Assembly (NCBI GenBank): GCA_018222825.1
Contig: JAAEZO010000002.1
Location: forward strand, 7,472-71,471
Direction: 5' to 3'
DNA: 64,000 nt
DNA from: Gammaproteobacteria bacterium
GTDB taxonomy: Bacteria > Pseudomonadota > Gammaproteobacteria > Enterobacterales > Aeromonadaceae
Shown: positions 9,148-19,780 of the stretch, piece by piece
How positions within the stretch are numbered: the stretch's first letter is position 1
Layout of the letters: every line of letters begins with the position of its first letter
Program-made: the position numbers and the translations under genes
The notes under the pieces: generated by a model
Seen by the model: the letters and a program-made list of their open reading frames with translations, nothing else
The model's database searches: none
What the model was told of the DNA's origin: nothing

Positions 9148-10353
9148 TTAGCCGACAGCGATGCCGACCCGCATCCGCTGCCGCCGTTCCTGATACAGCA
9201 CCATGAGGGTCGTGAACACCATAAACCCGACGGACGACCACAGCACGCCGCTGGCCAGGCCCCGATCGAGCAGAAAACCGAACAGCACAGGGCCGATGAC
9301 ACCACCTACGTTGAAACCGGTAGACACGATGCCGAAGGTGCGCCCTTCGGCACCCACCGGCGAGGCCGCCCGCACCAGCATGTCACGCGAGGGGGCCACC
9401 ATGCCGGTCAGAAAGCCGGTCAGGCCCAGTACCATGGCCAGCAGCAGCGGCGGCAACGCCACCATGATCACCAGCATGACGAGCACGGCCGCCAGGCCAA
9501 ATGCCAGCGCCGCCACATCGCCGTGCCGCTCCGTTCTGTCGGCAAGCACGCCGCCCGCCAGCACACCGAAGGCACTGGCAAACAGGAAGCAGGTCAAGGC
9601 CAGGTTCGCCGCCGGCAGCGCCACATCGAAGCCCTGCACCAGCGCCGAGACGGAAAACCGTTCTATGGCTCCGGTGCTCAGACTGAGCAGGGTGAACAGC
9701 AGCGTCAGCACCACCAGCGTGGTTACCGGAGTAAAGGTTGGGCGGGTCACCGCCCCGGCCGGCGCCCGGTCATCGCTACTCACCGCCTTGTCGGGGGCCG
9801 GCAGGGCGGTGCCGGTGGCGACGAACCCCAAGGCCAGCAGCCCGGCCAGGGCGGCAATGGCAAAGGACCAGCGCGGATCGAAGGCCAGTGCGATCCCCAC
9901 CATCAGGGGAGGCGCCAGTGCGCCCCCGAAAAATCCCGCAAAGGTATGCACCGAAAAGGCCCGCCCCATCCTGCCGGACGGCATGCCGCGCGACAGCAGC
10001 GAATAGTCGGCGGGGTGATAAACGCCGTTGGCCAGCCCCGCCAGCCCCATGGCAAGCAGCAGCCAGGAATAGGTGGGCAGCAGCGCGACCAGTCCGAAAC
10101 TGGCAGAGCCCAGCGTCAGCGCCGCCATCAGCATTCGCCGGGCCCCCAGCCGGTCGACCAGAAAACCCAGTGGCACCTGTACCAGCGCCGATACGATGCT
10201 GAATATGCCGATAGCCAGCCCCAGTTCGAAAAAACTGACCTGCATGGTGTCGGGCAGCAATGGCAGCATGGCGGGAACCGTCATGATGTGCAGATGGCTG
10301 ATCAGATGGGCGACGGAAACCCGGGCCAGTAACTTGTTGGGTGACGCTGTCAT
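9148..10353 (-). CDS. MFS transporter
   Basis: 401 aa, about 12 hydrophobic segments, motif A GFLVDRLGARR. Confidence 0.88.
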   Translation of the reverse strand: MTASPNKLLARVSVAHLISHLHIMTVPAMLPLLPDTMQVSFFELGLAIGIFSIVSALVQVPLGFLVDRLGARRMLMAALTLGSASFGLVALLPTYSWLLLAMGLAGLANGVYHPADYSLLSRGMPSGRMGRAFSVHTFAGFFGGALAPPLMVGIALAFDPRWSFAIAALAGLLALGFVATGTALPAPDKAVSSDDRAPAGAVTRPTFTPVTTLVVLTLLFTLLSLSTGAIERFSVSALVQGFDVALPAANLALTCFLFASAFGVLAGGVLADRTERHGDVAALAFGLAAVLVMLVIMVALPPLLLAMVLGLTGFLTGMVAPSRDMLVRAASPVGAEGRTFGIVSTGFNVGGVIGPVLFGFLLDRGLASGVLWSSVGFMVFTTLMVLYQERRQRMRVGIAVG

Positions 10354-10603
10354 GCAAGCCTCCAGAACGATACCAAGCGGGCATCACCATCGCACGCAAC
10401 GGCCACCCTCAGAAACATTGCACCATGAAACAGGCCGGCGGCCAGACGAAAAGACATAGGGGTCGACAAGTCGGGAGCACCGCCACGAGCTGCGGCGGCG
10501 CTATGCTGTAGCCGGTGCGCACGCCGGGCAATGTCGACGTGCGAGGAGGATAATGTAAAGGGTTCCTGTCTGCGGGTCGAGCGCGGAAACATGGCCGGGC
10601 CGG

Positions 10604-11398
10604 CTAGGTTCCGGTATAGACGACGCCGTCTCCGTTACGGGCAAATCCCACCAGGTTGAGACCGGCGGCGCGAGCCCGGCTGATGGCCAGCGAAGTGGGA
10701 GCCGACACCGCCACCAGGGTGGCGGCACCGAGCACGGCGCACTTGTGCACCATTTCGTAACTGGCCCGGCTGGTCACGATGACGAACGCCGGAGGCTCCG
10801 GCGCCCGGGCCAGGGCGCCAACCAGCTTGTCCAGCGCATTATGCCGGCCCACGTCTTCACGGGCCGCCAGTAAACGGCAGCCGCTATCGAAGGCGGCCGC
10901 CGCATGGGTTGCTCCCGTCAGGGCGTGCAACGCCTGACTCTGTGCCAATTGTGCGAAAGCGCGACCGAGCACCCGGGGGTCGGGCACCGGCCCCGCTGCC
11001 ACTTCGGGACTCGGTAACAGCGCCCCGGCCAGCGACTCGGTACCGCAAATGCCGCAGCCGGTCCGCCCGGTCAGCGCCCGGCGCCGCGTTTTAAGCTGGA
11101 AGAAGCTTTCGGCGGCCAGCTCCATCTCGACCCGAATACCGTCCGGATCCGACAGCACCTCAACGCCGTACAACTGTTCCGGCCGGCTGATGATGCCCTC
11201 GGTCAGGCTGAAACCCAGGGCAAAATCCTCCATATCCAGCGGACTGGCCATCATCACCGCATGGGCAATGCCGTTGTACACCAATGCCACCGGTACCTCT
11301 TCCACTACCCAGTCCTGGCCGGTACTTCCGCTCAGCCGGCTTACCCGCATCTGCTTCAGGCCCGGCCCGACGGGCTCGTGTTTGCCTTGCTGAGCCAT
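10604..11398 (-). CDS. fdhD: Formate dehydrogenase accessory sulfurtransferase FdhD/FdsC
   Basis: EEVPVALVYNG, TGCGICG and REDVGRHNALDKLVG motifs. Confidence 0.93.
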   Translation of the reverse strand: MAQQGKHEPVGPGLKQMRVSRLSGSTGQDWVVEEVPVALVYNGIAHAVMMASPLDMEDFALGFSLTEGIISRPEQLYGVEVLSDPDGIRVEMELAAESFFQLKTRRRALTGRTGCGICGTESLAGALLPSPEVAAGPVPDPRVLGRAFAQLAQSQALHALTGATHAAAAFDSGCRLLAAREDVGRHNALDKLVGALARAPEPPAFVIVTSRASYEMVHKCAVLGAATLVAVSAPTSLAISRARAAGLNLVGFARNGDGVVYTGT

Positions 11399-11407
11399 GA
11401 CCTCTCC

Positions 11408-14260
11408 TCAGTCGGAATCCTGCCCGGCATGCTCCAGCTGTTCACGGGTGAAATCATGAAACTTCCTCTGCCAGTCAGACAAAGCATGCTCATCCGTACC
11501 CGACACCTGCACCGCCGTTACCTTGTATTCCGGACAGTTGGTCGCCCAGTCGGAATTGTCGGTGGTGATGACGTTGGCACCACTGTGCGGAAAGTGGAAG
11601 GTGGTATACACCACCCCCGGCTGCATGCGCTTGCTCAGCCTGGCCTTCAGCACCGTAGCACCGGTACGGCTGGCAATGGCAACCGGCTGGCCTTCCGCAA
11701 TGTTGCGCAGCTGGGCGTCATGGGGATGGATTTCCAGCACGTCCTCGCTGTGCCAGACGTTGTTGTCGGTGCGCCGGGTCTGGGCACCCACGTTGTACTG
11801 GCTGAGAATACGCCCGGTAGTCAGCAGCAACGGATAGCGTTCCGACACCCTCTCGGTGGTGGGAATGAACTCGGTTACCACCATACGCCCCAGACCGATG
11901 GGGAAGCTGTCGCCGTGCATGATGGGCATGCCCTGCGGATACTCGTCGTTACACGGCCACTGAATGCTGCCCAGTTCTTCCAGCAGCGCATAACTGACCC
12001 TGGCAAACGACGGCGTCACCGCGGCAATTTCATCCATGATCTCGGAAGGATGCTCATAATGCATCGAATAGCCGAGCGCGTTGGACAATGCCATGGTGAC
12101 TTCCCAGTCTTCCTTGCCCGCCAGCGGCGGCATCACCTTGCGCACCCGGTTGATGCGGCGCTCGGCGTTGGTGAAGGTGCCGTTCTTCTCCAGGAAGGTG
12201 GAGCCGGGCAGGATCACATGGGCAAACTTGGCGGTCTCGTTGAGGAAAATATCCTGCACGATCAGCAGGTCCAGCGCGCGCAGCGCCGCTTCCACATGCT
12301 GGGTATTGGGGTCCGACTGAGCGATGTCTTCGCCCTGCACATACATGGCCTTGAACTGGCCGGCGATGGCCGCATCGAACATGTGGGGAATACGCAAGCC
12401 CGGCTCGCCGTCGAGGCTGACGCCCCAGGCCGCTTCGAACCGGCTGCGCACCTGTTCATTATTGACCGGCTGATAGCCCGGCAGCTCATGAGGGAAAGAC
12501 CCCATGTCGCAGGAACCCTGCACGTTGTTCTGGCCGCGCAGCGGGTTGACCCCGACCCCGGGCCGGCCGATGTTACCGGTGGCCATCGCCAGGTTGGCAA
12601 TGCCCATCACCATGGTCGAGCCCTGGCTGTGCTCGGTGACGCCCAGGCCGTAATAGATGGCGCCATTAGCGGCGCTGGCATACTGACGGGCAGCCCGGCG
12701 AAGGGTGTCGGCCGGTACGCCGAGCACTGCCGCCATTTGCTCGGGAGCATGACGCTGTTCGGCCACAAAGGCCCGCCAGGCGCGGTAATCTTCCGGATCG
12801 CAGCGCTCGGCAATAAAGGCCTGATCTTCCAGCCCTTCGGTCACCACCACATGCGCCAGCGCATTGATTAAGGCCACGTTGGTACCGGGGCGTATCGGCA
12901 GATGGATGCCCTCGCCCGCATGGGGCGTTGCCAGCAGATCGATTTGGCGCGGATCGGCCACAATCATGCTGGCCCCCTCGCGCAGACGCTTGCGCATCAT
13001 GGAGCCGAACACCGGGTGGGCATCGGTCGGGTTGGCGCCAATCACCAGAATGCAGTCGGCCTGCATCACCGAATCGAAATCCTGGGTGCCCGCCGACTCG
13101 CCCAGGGTCATCTTCAGGCCATAGCCGGTGGGGCTGTGGCAGACCCGGGCACAGGTATCGGTGTTGTTGTTGCCCAGTGCCGCCCGCACCAGTTTCTGCA
13201 CCAGGTAGGTTTCTTCGTTGGTACAGCGGGACGAGGTAATGCCGCCCACGCTTTTCTGGCCATATTGTTGCTGCACTTCGCGCAACCGGCGGGCGGCAAA
13301 ATCGATGGCCTCCTCCCAGCTGACCTCGTTCCAGTCATCGTCAATCGACTCCCGAATCATCGGCGTGGTCAGCCGGTCCTTGTGGGTGGCGTAGCCGAAG
13401 GCGAAACGTCCCTTGACGCAGGAGTGACCATGATTGGCACTGCCGTTCTTCCAGGGCGTCATGCGGATCAACTGATCGCCTTTCATTTCCGCCTTGAAGG
13501 CGCAACCGACGCCGCAATAGGCACAGGTGGTCACCACGCTGTGCTCGGGCTGGCCCTGATCGATTACCGATTTTTCCATCAGCGTCGAAGTCGGACAGGC
13601 CTGCACACAGGCACCGCAAGACACGCAGGCCGAGTCGACAAAATTGGTGTCCTTGCCGGTCGACACCTTGGAGTCGAAGCCCCGACCTGCAATGGTCAGC
13701 GCAAAGGTGCCCTGCACCTCGCCACAGGCCCGCACACAGCGGGAGCAGACGATGCACTTGCTGGGATCGAAGCTGAAATAGGGGTTGGATTCGTCCTTGA
13801 CCGCCGCCAGATGGTTTTCGCCGTCAAAGCCGTAGCGCACTTCGCGCAGGCCCACCGCGCCCGCCATGTCCTGCAGCTCGCAGTCGCCGTTGGCCGGACA
13901 GGTCAGGCAGTCGAGCGGGTGATCGGAGATATACAGCTCCATCACGTTGCGGCGCAGTTTGGCCAGCGCCCGGGTCTGGCTGCGTACCACCATGCCCGGC
14001 TCTACCGGCGTGGTGCAGGAAGCGGGATAGCCACGCCGCCCTTCGATTTCTACCGTGCACAAACGGCAGGAGCCGAAGGCTTCCATGCTGTCGGTGGCAC
14101 ACAGTTTGGGAATATTGATGTCGACCCGGGCCGCCGCGTGCATCACAGAGGTGCCTTCGGGTACGGTCACCTCGACGCCATCGATGGTCAGGGTGATCAG
14201 GTTTTCCGACAGCCGGGCCGGCGTCCCGTAATCCTTCTCGGGATAAAAATGTTCAACCAT
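11408..14260 (-). CDS. fdsA: NAD-dependent formate dehydrogenase alpha subunit (Mo, Cys ligand)
   Basis: N-terminal 2Fe-2S/4Fe-4S motifs, CAYCGVGC, active-site CARVCH and LRGQNNVQG. Confidence 0.93.
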   Translation of the reverse strand: MVEHFYPEKDYGTPARLSENLITLTIDGVEVTVPEGTSVMHAAARVDINIPKLCATDSMEAFGSCRLCTVEIEGRRGYPASCTTPVEPGMVVRSQTRALAKLRRNVMELYISDHPLDCLTCPANGDCELQDMAGAVGLREVRYGFDGENHLAAVKDESNPYFSFDPSKCIVCSRCVRACGEVQGTFALTIAGRGFDSKVSTGKDTNFVDSACVSCGACVQACPTSTLMEKSVIDQGQPEHSVVTTCAYCGVGCAFKAEMKGDQLIRMTPWKNGSANHGHSCVKGRFAFGYATHKDRLTTPMIRESIDDDWNEVSWEEAIDFAARRLREVQQQYGQKSVGGITSSRCTNEETYLVQKLVRAALGNNNTDTCARVCHSPTGYGLKMTLGESAGTQDFDSVMQADCILVIGANPTDAHPVFGSMMRKRLREGASMIVADPRQIDLLATPHAGEGIHLPIRPGTNVALINALAHVVVTEGLEDQAFIAERCDPEDYRAWRAFVAEQRHAPEQMAAVLGVPADTLRRAARQYASAANGAIYYGLGVTEHSQGSTMVMGIANLAMATGNIGRPGVGVNPLRGQNNVQGSCDMGSFPHELPGYQPVNNEQVRSRFEAAWGVSLDGEPGLRIPHMFDAAIAGQFKAMYVQGEDIAQSDPNTQHVEAALRALDLLIVQDIFLNETAKFAHVILPGSTFLEKNGTFTNAERRINRVRKVMPPLAGKEDWEVTMALSNALGYSMHYEHPSEIMDEIAAVTPSFARVSYALLEELGSIQWPCNDEYPQGMPIMHGDSFPIGLGRMVVTEFIPTTERVSERYPLLLTTGRILSQYNVGAQTRRTDNNVWHSEDVLEIHPHDAQLRNIAEGQPVAIASRTGATVLKARLSKRMQPGVVYTTFHFPHSGANVITTDNSDWATNCPEYKVTAVQVSGTDEHALSDWQRKFHDFTREQLEHAGQDSD

Positions 14261-14263
14261 CTT

Positions 14264-15811
14264 TCACGTCCCCTTCGAGTCGTTGAAATCTTCGGGAAAA
14301 TACTGGAGTGCGCTCTTCACCGGGAACGGCGTCATGCCGCCCATGGCGCACAGCGAGCCCTGAATCATGGTGTCGCACAGATCTTCCAGCAGTTCGATGT
14401 TGGCGGCTCTGTCGTCGCCCGCGATGATTCTGTCGATCACTTCCACCCCGCGCACCGAGCCGATTCGGCACGGCGTGCACTTGCCGCAGGACTCTTCGAC
14501 GCAGAATTCCATCGAAAAGCGGGCCTGCTGGGCCATGTTGACCGACTCGTCGAACACCACCACGCCGCCGTGACCCAGCACGGCGCCGATGTGGCCGAAA
14601 GACTCGTAGTCGAGCAGCACATCGAACTGCTCCGGCGAGAGATAGGCCCCCAGCGGCCCGCCCACCTGCACGGCGCGCACCGGGCGTCCGCTGTGAGTAC
14701 CACCACCGAATTCGTGGATCAGTTCCCGCAGGCTTCGGCCGAAGGCCAGCTCCACCAGCCCCCCCTGCCTGAGGTTACCGGCCAGCTGGAATGGCAGCGT
14801 GCCTTTTGAACGCTCAAAGCCATAATCGGCGTAATGTGCGCCCCCCTCGGCAAGAATGGCGGGAATGGCCGCAAAGGTAAGCACGTTGTTGACCACGGTC
14901 GGCTGGCCGAACAGGCCGACGATGGCCGGCAGCGGCGGCTTGGCGCGCACCATGCCGCGCTTGCCTTCCAGGCTTTCCAGCAACGAGGTTTCTTCACCGC
15001 AGATATAGGCACCGGCACCGAGTCGCACTTCCAGCTCGAAGGTACGGCCGCTGCCGGCGGCATTGGCGCCCAGATAACCGGCGGCAGTGGCGCGATCAAT
15101 GGCCTCGTTCAATACCTTGTGGGCCAGCGGATATTCTTCGCGCAGGTAGATGTAACCCTGGGTGGCGCCCACCGCCAGGCCGCTGATGATCATGCCCTCG
15201 ATCAGCATGTAGGGATCGCACTCCATCACCATGCGGTCGGCAAAGGTGCCCGAGTCCCCTTCATCGGCATTGCAGACGATATACTTCTGCTCGGCCAGCG
15301 TATCCAGCACCGTTTGCCACTTGATGCCGGTAGGAAAGGCCGCCCCACCCCGGCCGCGCAGGCCGGAGACCTTGACCTCGTCCACCAGCTGCTGGCTGGA
15401 ACGGCTGACTGCCCGGGTCAGGCCCTTGAAACCGTCCAGCGCCCGGTAATCGTCCAGCGACAGCGGATCCGTGATACCGATGCGGGCAAAGGTGACCCGC
15501 TGCTGCTGCTTGAGATAGGGAATGTCTTCGGTAAGGCCCAGGGCCAGTGGATGCTCAACCGCACCGCACTCGAAGCCGGCGTCGAACAGCGAAGCCACAT
15601 CGTCCAGTTCGACCGGGCCGATGCCATAACGGCCTTCGGCGGTGTCCACTTCAATCAGCGGCTCCAGCCAGAACAGGCCCCGCGAGCCGTTGCGAACAAG
15701 CTCGATATCCATGCCGCGCCGCTTGGCTTCACGCCGAATAAGGGTGGCCACATCCTCCGCTCCCAGCGACAGGGCGGTAGTTTCATGAGGAACATAGACG
15801 CGCAGGGTCAT
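14264..15811 (-). CDS. fdsB: NAD-dependent formate dehydrogenase beta subunit (NuoF-like)
   Basis: SGLRGRGGAAFPTGIKW, GAGAYICGEETSLLESLEG and ESCGKCTPCR motifs. Confidence 0.93.
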   Translation of the reverse strand: MTLRVYVPHETTALSLGAEDVATLIRREAKRRGMDIELVRNGSRGLFWLEPLIEVDTAEGRYGIGPVELDDVASLFDAGFECGAVEHPLALGLTEDIPYLKQQQRVTFARIGITDPLSLDDYRALDGFKGLTRAVSRSSQQLVDEVKVSGLRGRGGAAFPTGIKWQTVLDTLAEQKYIVCNADEGDSGTFADRMVMECDPYMLIEGMIISGLAVGATQGYIYLREEYPLAHKVLNEAIDRATAAGYLGANAAGSGRTFELEVRLGAGAYICGEETSLLESLEGKRGMVRAKPPLPAIVGLFGQPTVVNNVLTFAAIPAILAEGGAHYADYGFERSKGTLPFQLAGNLRQGGLVELAFGRSLRELIHEFGGGTHSGRPVRAVQVGGPLGAYLSPEQFDVLLDYESFGHIGAVLGHGGVVVFDESVNMAQQARFSMEFCVEESCGKCTPCRIGSVRGVEVIDRIIAGDDRAANIELLEDLCDTMIQGSLCAMGGMTPFPVKSALQYFPEDFNDSKGT

Positions 15812-16302
15812 TATTTCAGCTCCAGTTTGAAGGTGGTCAGCTCATCCACCAGCCGATCGAATTTGGCCGGGCTCATCCGTCCCTTGATCTGATCCCCGAC
15901 ACGAATGGAAGGGCCGGTGGCGCAGTTGCCCAGGCAATACACCGCCTTCAGGCTGATGTCCTGATTCGGGGTGGTCTGGTCGAGACCGATGTTCAGCTTT
16001 TCCCGCACATGGCGTTCAAACTCCCGCCCGCCCTGCGCCTGGCAGGCTTCGGCGCGGCAAATTTCGATCACATGCCGACCCGGTCGCTCGCTGCGGAAAT
16101 AATGATAAAAACTGATCACACCGTGCACGTCGGCGGCGGTGTAACGTAAATGAGAGGCAATGATCTCGATGGCGGGGTCGGGAATGTACCCGAAATGATC
16201 CTGAATACCATGCAGAATAGGTAACAACGCGCCGGGTTTGTGTTTCATCGACGCCACCAGCTCTTCGATAGTATTGAGCACGCCCGCTTGAGTATCATCC
16301 AT
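15811..16302 (-). CDS. fdsG: NAD-dependent formate dehydrogenase gamma subunit (NuoE-like)
   Basis: GALLPILHGIQ, CRAEAC and CLGNC motifs; start moved to ATG 16302; the stop overlaps the fdsB start. Confidence 0.9.
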   Translation of the reverse strand: MDDTQAGVLNTIEELVASMKHKPGALLPILHGIQDHFGYIPDPAIEIIASHLRYTAADVHGVISFYHYFRSERPGRHVIEICRAEACQAQGGREFERHVREKLNIGLDQTTPNQDISLKAVYCLGNCATGPSIRVGDQIKGRMSPAKFDRLVDELTTFKLELK

Positions 16303-16452
16303 AGCATCAACCTTTATGAAAACGGTCATGGCGGCATAGGGAAATACGCCGCCGTGAATTGTTCTGTTCGACCGGCCGATCCTGGCCAGACGTATTTCAC
16401 CGCGCAAGATGCCCTCCATCGACAGAGGGCATCGGGTTATCCAACCTATCCT

Positions 16453-17652
16453 TTACGCCGGCACCATACCATGGGGGTCGATCACAAATTTCTTCGCTAC
16501 CCCACCGTCGAATTCGGCATAGCCCTGTGCCGCCTTATCCAGGCTTATCACCTGCACGTTGACCGCGTCGGCGATATTCACCTTACCGAACAGGATCGCC
16601 TGCATCAGGGGTCTGTGGTATTTCATCACCGGACACTGGCCGGTATGGAAAGAGTGAGACTTGGCCCAGCCCAGACCGAAACGCATGCTCAGGGCCCCCT
16701 GTCTGGCGGCTTCGTCGACTGCGCCCGGGTCTTCGGTCACATACAGGCCGGGAATACCGATCTGGCCGCCGGCGCGGGTCAGGGCCATCGCCGAGTTGAG
16801 CACGGTCGCCGGCTGCTCCTTGCCATGATCACAGCCGCAACCATGGGCTTCGAAGCCGACACAGTCGACGAAGGCATCCACTTCGCGCTCGCCCAGAATC
16901 TGTTCAATCTTGTCTTCCATCGACCCTTCTTCGCGCAGATCGATGGTTTCGCAACCGAAGCTGCGCGCCTGGGCCAGACGATCCGGAATCATGTCGCCGA
17001 CGATAACGCAGGCGGCACCCAGCAACTGGGCCGAGGCGGCGGCGGCCAGACCGACCGGGCCGGCACCGGCAATATAGACGGTAGAGCCGGGGCCGACGCC
17101 GGCGGTGACACAGCCGTGGAAACCGGTGGGAAAGATGTCGGACAGCAGGGTCAGATCGCGGATTTTTTCCATCGCCTGGTTGGGATCCGGAAACTTGAGC
17201 AGGTTGAAGTCCGCATAGGGCACCATCACATACTCGGACTGGCCGCCGACCCAGCCGCCCATGTCCACATAACCGTAGGCGGCGCCGGGGCGCGCCGGGT
17301 TCACGTTCAAACAGATGCCGGTTTTGCCTTCCTTGCAGTTGCGGCAGCGGCCACAGGCGATGTTGAACGGCACGGAAACAATGTCGCCCACCTTCAGAAA
17401 CTCGACATCACGGCCGCATTCGATGATCTGGCCGGTGATTTCGTGGCCCAGTACCAGGCCCGCCTGGGCTGTGGTTCGTCCACGCACCATGTGCTGATCA
17501 CTGCCGCAGATATTGGTCGCCACCACCTTGAGGAGCACCCCGTGGTGACAGGCGCGCTTGCCGATGGACAGCTCGGGAAAAGCGATGGATTGCACCTCGA
17601 CCTTGCCCGGACCGGTATAAACTACGCCTCTGTTTCCGTGAATTGCGCACAT
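16453..17652 (-). CDS. fdhA: Glutathione-independent formaldehyde dehydrogenase
   Basis: NRGVVY, TNICGSDQHMVRGRT, GHE, CGRCRNC and LSDIFPTG motifs; 399 aa from ATG 17652. Confidence 0.93.
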   Translation of the reverse strand: MCAIHGNRGVVYTGPGKVEVQSIAFPELSIGKRACHHGVLLKVVATNICGSDQHMVRGRTTAQAGLVLGHEITGQIIECGRDVEFLKVGDIVSVPFNIACGRCRNCKEGKTGICLNVNPARPGAAYGYVDMGGWVGGQSEYVMVPYADFNLLKFPDPNQAMEKIRDLTLLSDIFPTGFHGCVTAGVGPGSTVYIAGAGPVGLAAAASAQLLGAACVIVGDMIPDRLAQARSFGCETIDLREEGSMEDKIEQILGEREVDAFVDCVGFEAHGCGCDHGKEQPATVLNSAMALTRAGGQIGIPGLYVTEDPGAVDEAARQGALSMRFGLGWAKSHSFHTGQCPVMKYHRPLMQAILFGKVNIADAVNVQVISLDKAAQGYAEFDGGVAKKFVIDPHGMVPA

Positions 17653-17870
17653 AATGAACATCCTTTTGGCTGAACGGGAGTCTAACGCCGGTATCAGATC
17701 CGGCCGTTACCAGACTTCGGCAGGCACCGCTTTGGCTGCTGCCAACGTAGCCGACAGTAAACCGCCGTTACACTCTGGCAACATTGCTGATTAAGACATC
17801 GACATACCAAAACAAGACATGGACACAGGGCCCTGCCCCAGTGGTGACAGCAGCAAGGCCGGGTTCTCGT

Positions 17871-18809
17871 TTACACCGTTGCAGACACGGGGCTGTGATG
17901 TTCATGCCAGTGCCGGGCAATATCGACCCGCCGCGTGACCCATACCTCCTGATGTTTGGCCACATGATCGAGAAAGCGCTCCAGTGCCATCATGCGACCG
18001 GGGCGGCCGGCGAGGCGACAATGCAGCCCCACCGACATCATGCGCGGCTGACGGGCGCCTTCCCGGTAGAGGTAGTCGAAGGTGTCGGTCAGATAATTCA
18101 GCCAGTCATTGCCGGTATCAAAACCGGGCGAAGACGCAAAGCGCATATCGTTGGTATCAAAGGAATACGGCACCACCAGATGATGGCCCTGATCATGCTG
18201 TACCCAATAGGGCAAGTCATCGTTGTAGGCATCGGAGTCATACAGAAAGCCGCCGTCGTTGATCACCAGCTTTCGGGTCGCCTGGCTTACGCGCCCGGTA
18301 TACCAGCCCTGGGGCCGCTGCCCGGTCAGCTCGGTAAGGGTGGTCATGGCTTGCTGCATGTGCTCGGCTTCCACCTGCGGCGACACATCGCGATAGTCCA
18401 GCCAGCGCCAGCCGTGGGCGGCAATTTCATGGCGGTCTGCCACGATACGGGTTGCTATCTTCGGCACCCGTTGCAGCGCCTGCGCCACCGCAAACACCGT
18501 GATGGGAATGTTGCGCTCCCGAAACAGGTCCAGCAGCCGCCATACGCCGACCCGGCTGCCGTATTCGTAATGGGATTCAAGATTGAGATTGCGGCGGTCG
18601 GGCCAGGGTTCACATCGCATGTCTGAATTGAGATATTCTGCCGCCCCATCGCCGTCAAGCAGATGTGACTCGGCACCTTCTTCAATATTGAGTACAATCG
18701 ACAACGCCAGACGTGCTTTTTCCGGCCAGTGAGGATGAGGTGGCTGCTCTCCGTAACCCTGCAGGTCTTGCAGCCGCTCGGCGGCATCTAAACGAATTGC
18801 TGAAGGCAT
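17871..18809 (-). CDS. PuuE-like (allantoinase / polysaccharide deacetylase fold) hydrolase
   Basis: GYGEQPPHPHWP, NIEEGAE, YEYGSRVGVWR, AHGWRW, YDSDAYNDDLPYW and MMSVGLHCR motifs. Confidence 0.8.
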   Translation of the reverse strand: MPSAIRLDAAERLQDLQGYGEQPPHPHWPEKARLALSIVLNIEEGAESHLLDGDGAAEYLNSDMRCEPWPDRRNLNLESHYEYGSRVGVWRLLDLFRERNIPITVFAVAQALQRVPKIATRIVADRHEIAAHGWRWLDYRDVSPQVEAEHMQQAMTTLTELTGQRPQGWYTGRVSQATRKLVINDGGFLYDSDAYNDDLPYWVQHDQGHHLVVPYSFDTNDMRFASSPGFDTGNDWLNYLTDTFDYLYREGARQPRMMSVGLHCRLAGRPGRMMALERFLDHVAKHQEVWVTRRVDIARHWHEHHSPVSATV

Positions 18810-19060
18810 GGATGAATCTCGTCAAATTGTTATCGGGTGAGGCCATAAACATACCCCACACTTATTGCTAACAAAGTGACAACATTATCATTATCAATAA
18901 TTTGTGCCGTCATAGATAACCGAACGCCCCTCTCTCGGCCGCATCATTCGCACTAGGTTGCGGCATACCATCGCCACATTGACAAGCTCGACGTGGTGGT
19001 GTTAGAAGCGTGACAACGGACATTCAGTTTGCGATGACCCGAACCAATGGAACAAACGAT

Positions 19061-19780
19061 ATGGATATCCGCATCTTAATAGTGGAAGACGACGACACCA
19101 CGCGGGATTGCCTGGTGGAGTACTTCAAAGTAGAGCACCACCAGGTGCTGGCGGCCCGCAGCGCAGAAGAAGCCGAGCAGATACTGAGCGAGAAGGAAAT
19201 CGACCTTGTACTGCTGGATATAAGGCTGCCGGGTAAGGATGGCCTTACCCTGACCCGGGAGCTGCGCGCCGGCTCCGAGGTGGGCATCATTCTGGTGACC
19301 GGCCGGCAGGACGACATAGAGCGCATCATCGGCCTCGAATGCGGTGCCGACGATTACGTGTGCAAACCCTTCAACCCCCGCGAGCTGCTGGCCCGGGCCA
19401 AAAACCTGGCCCGTCGGGTACGGTCAGCGGCATCCCACAGCGACACCAACCCGACAAGCAATATTCATCGGTTTGACGACTGGCGCATCGATTTGGATCG
19501 GCGAGTGCTGCTCAATGAACAGGATCAGCAAACGCCACTGACCCACGGCGAATACCAGCTGTTGTGTGCCTTTTTACGTCATTCCGGGCAGACCCTGACA
19601 CGGGATCAGCTGCTGGATCAGATAAAAAACCGGGAGTGGGCACCCAACGACCGAACCATCGACGTGTTGGTGGGTCGGCTGCGGCGCAAGCTGAAAGATA
19701 ATCCCGCCAGTCCCGGCATCATCCTTACTATGCATGGCGCCGGTTACGTGTTTACTCCAAGGCCGGTGCCATGCCGCTGA
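19061..19780 (+). CDS. OmpR-family response regulator (TorR/ArcA-like)
   Basis: ILIVEDD, LLDIRLPGKDG, GADDYVCKPF, and winged-helix RTIDVLVGRLRRKL. Confidence 0.9.
   Translation: MDIRILIVEDDDTTRDCLVEYFKVEHHQVLAARSAEEAEQILSEKEIDLVLLDIRLPGKDGLTLTRELRAGSEVGIILVTGRQDDIERIIGLECGADDYVCKPFNPRELLARAKNLARRVRSAASHSDTNPTSNIHRFDDWRIDLDRRVLLNEQDQQTPLTHGEYQLLCAFLRHSGQTLTRDQLLDQIKNREWAPNDRTIDVLVGRLRRKLKDNPASPGIILTMHGAGYVFTPRPVPCR

Noticed and set aside
11408-14260. Selenocysteine or readthrough in the molybdoenzymes
   Set aside because: FdsA has Cys (CARVCH) and all three catalytic subunits are open without an internal TGA.
11261-17673. Long plus-strand ORFs opposite fdsA, fdsB and fdhA
   Set aside because: Antisense shadows of well-supported genes.
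18877-18895. Fur-like half site (ATTATCATTATC) upstream of the PuuE-like gene
   Set aside because: Only one half matches, in an AT-rich spacer, with no iron-related context.
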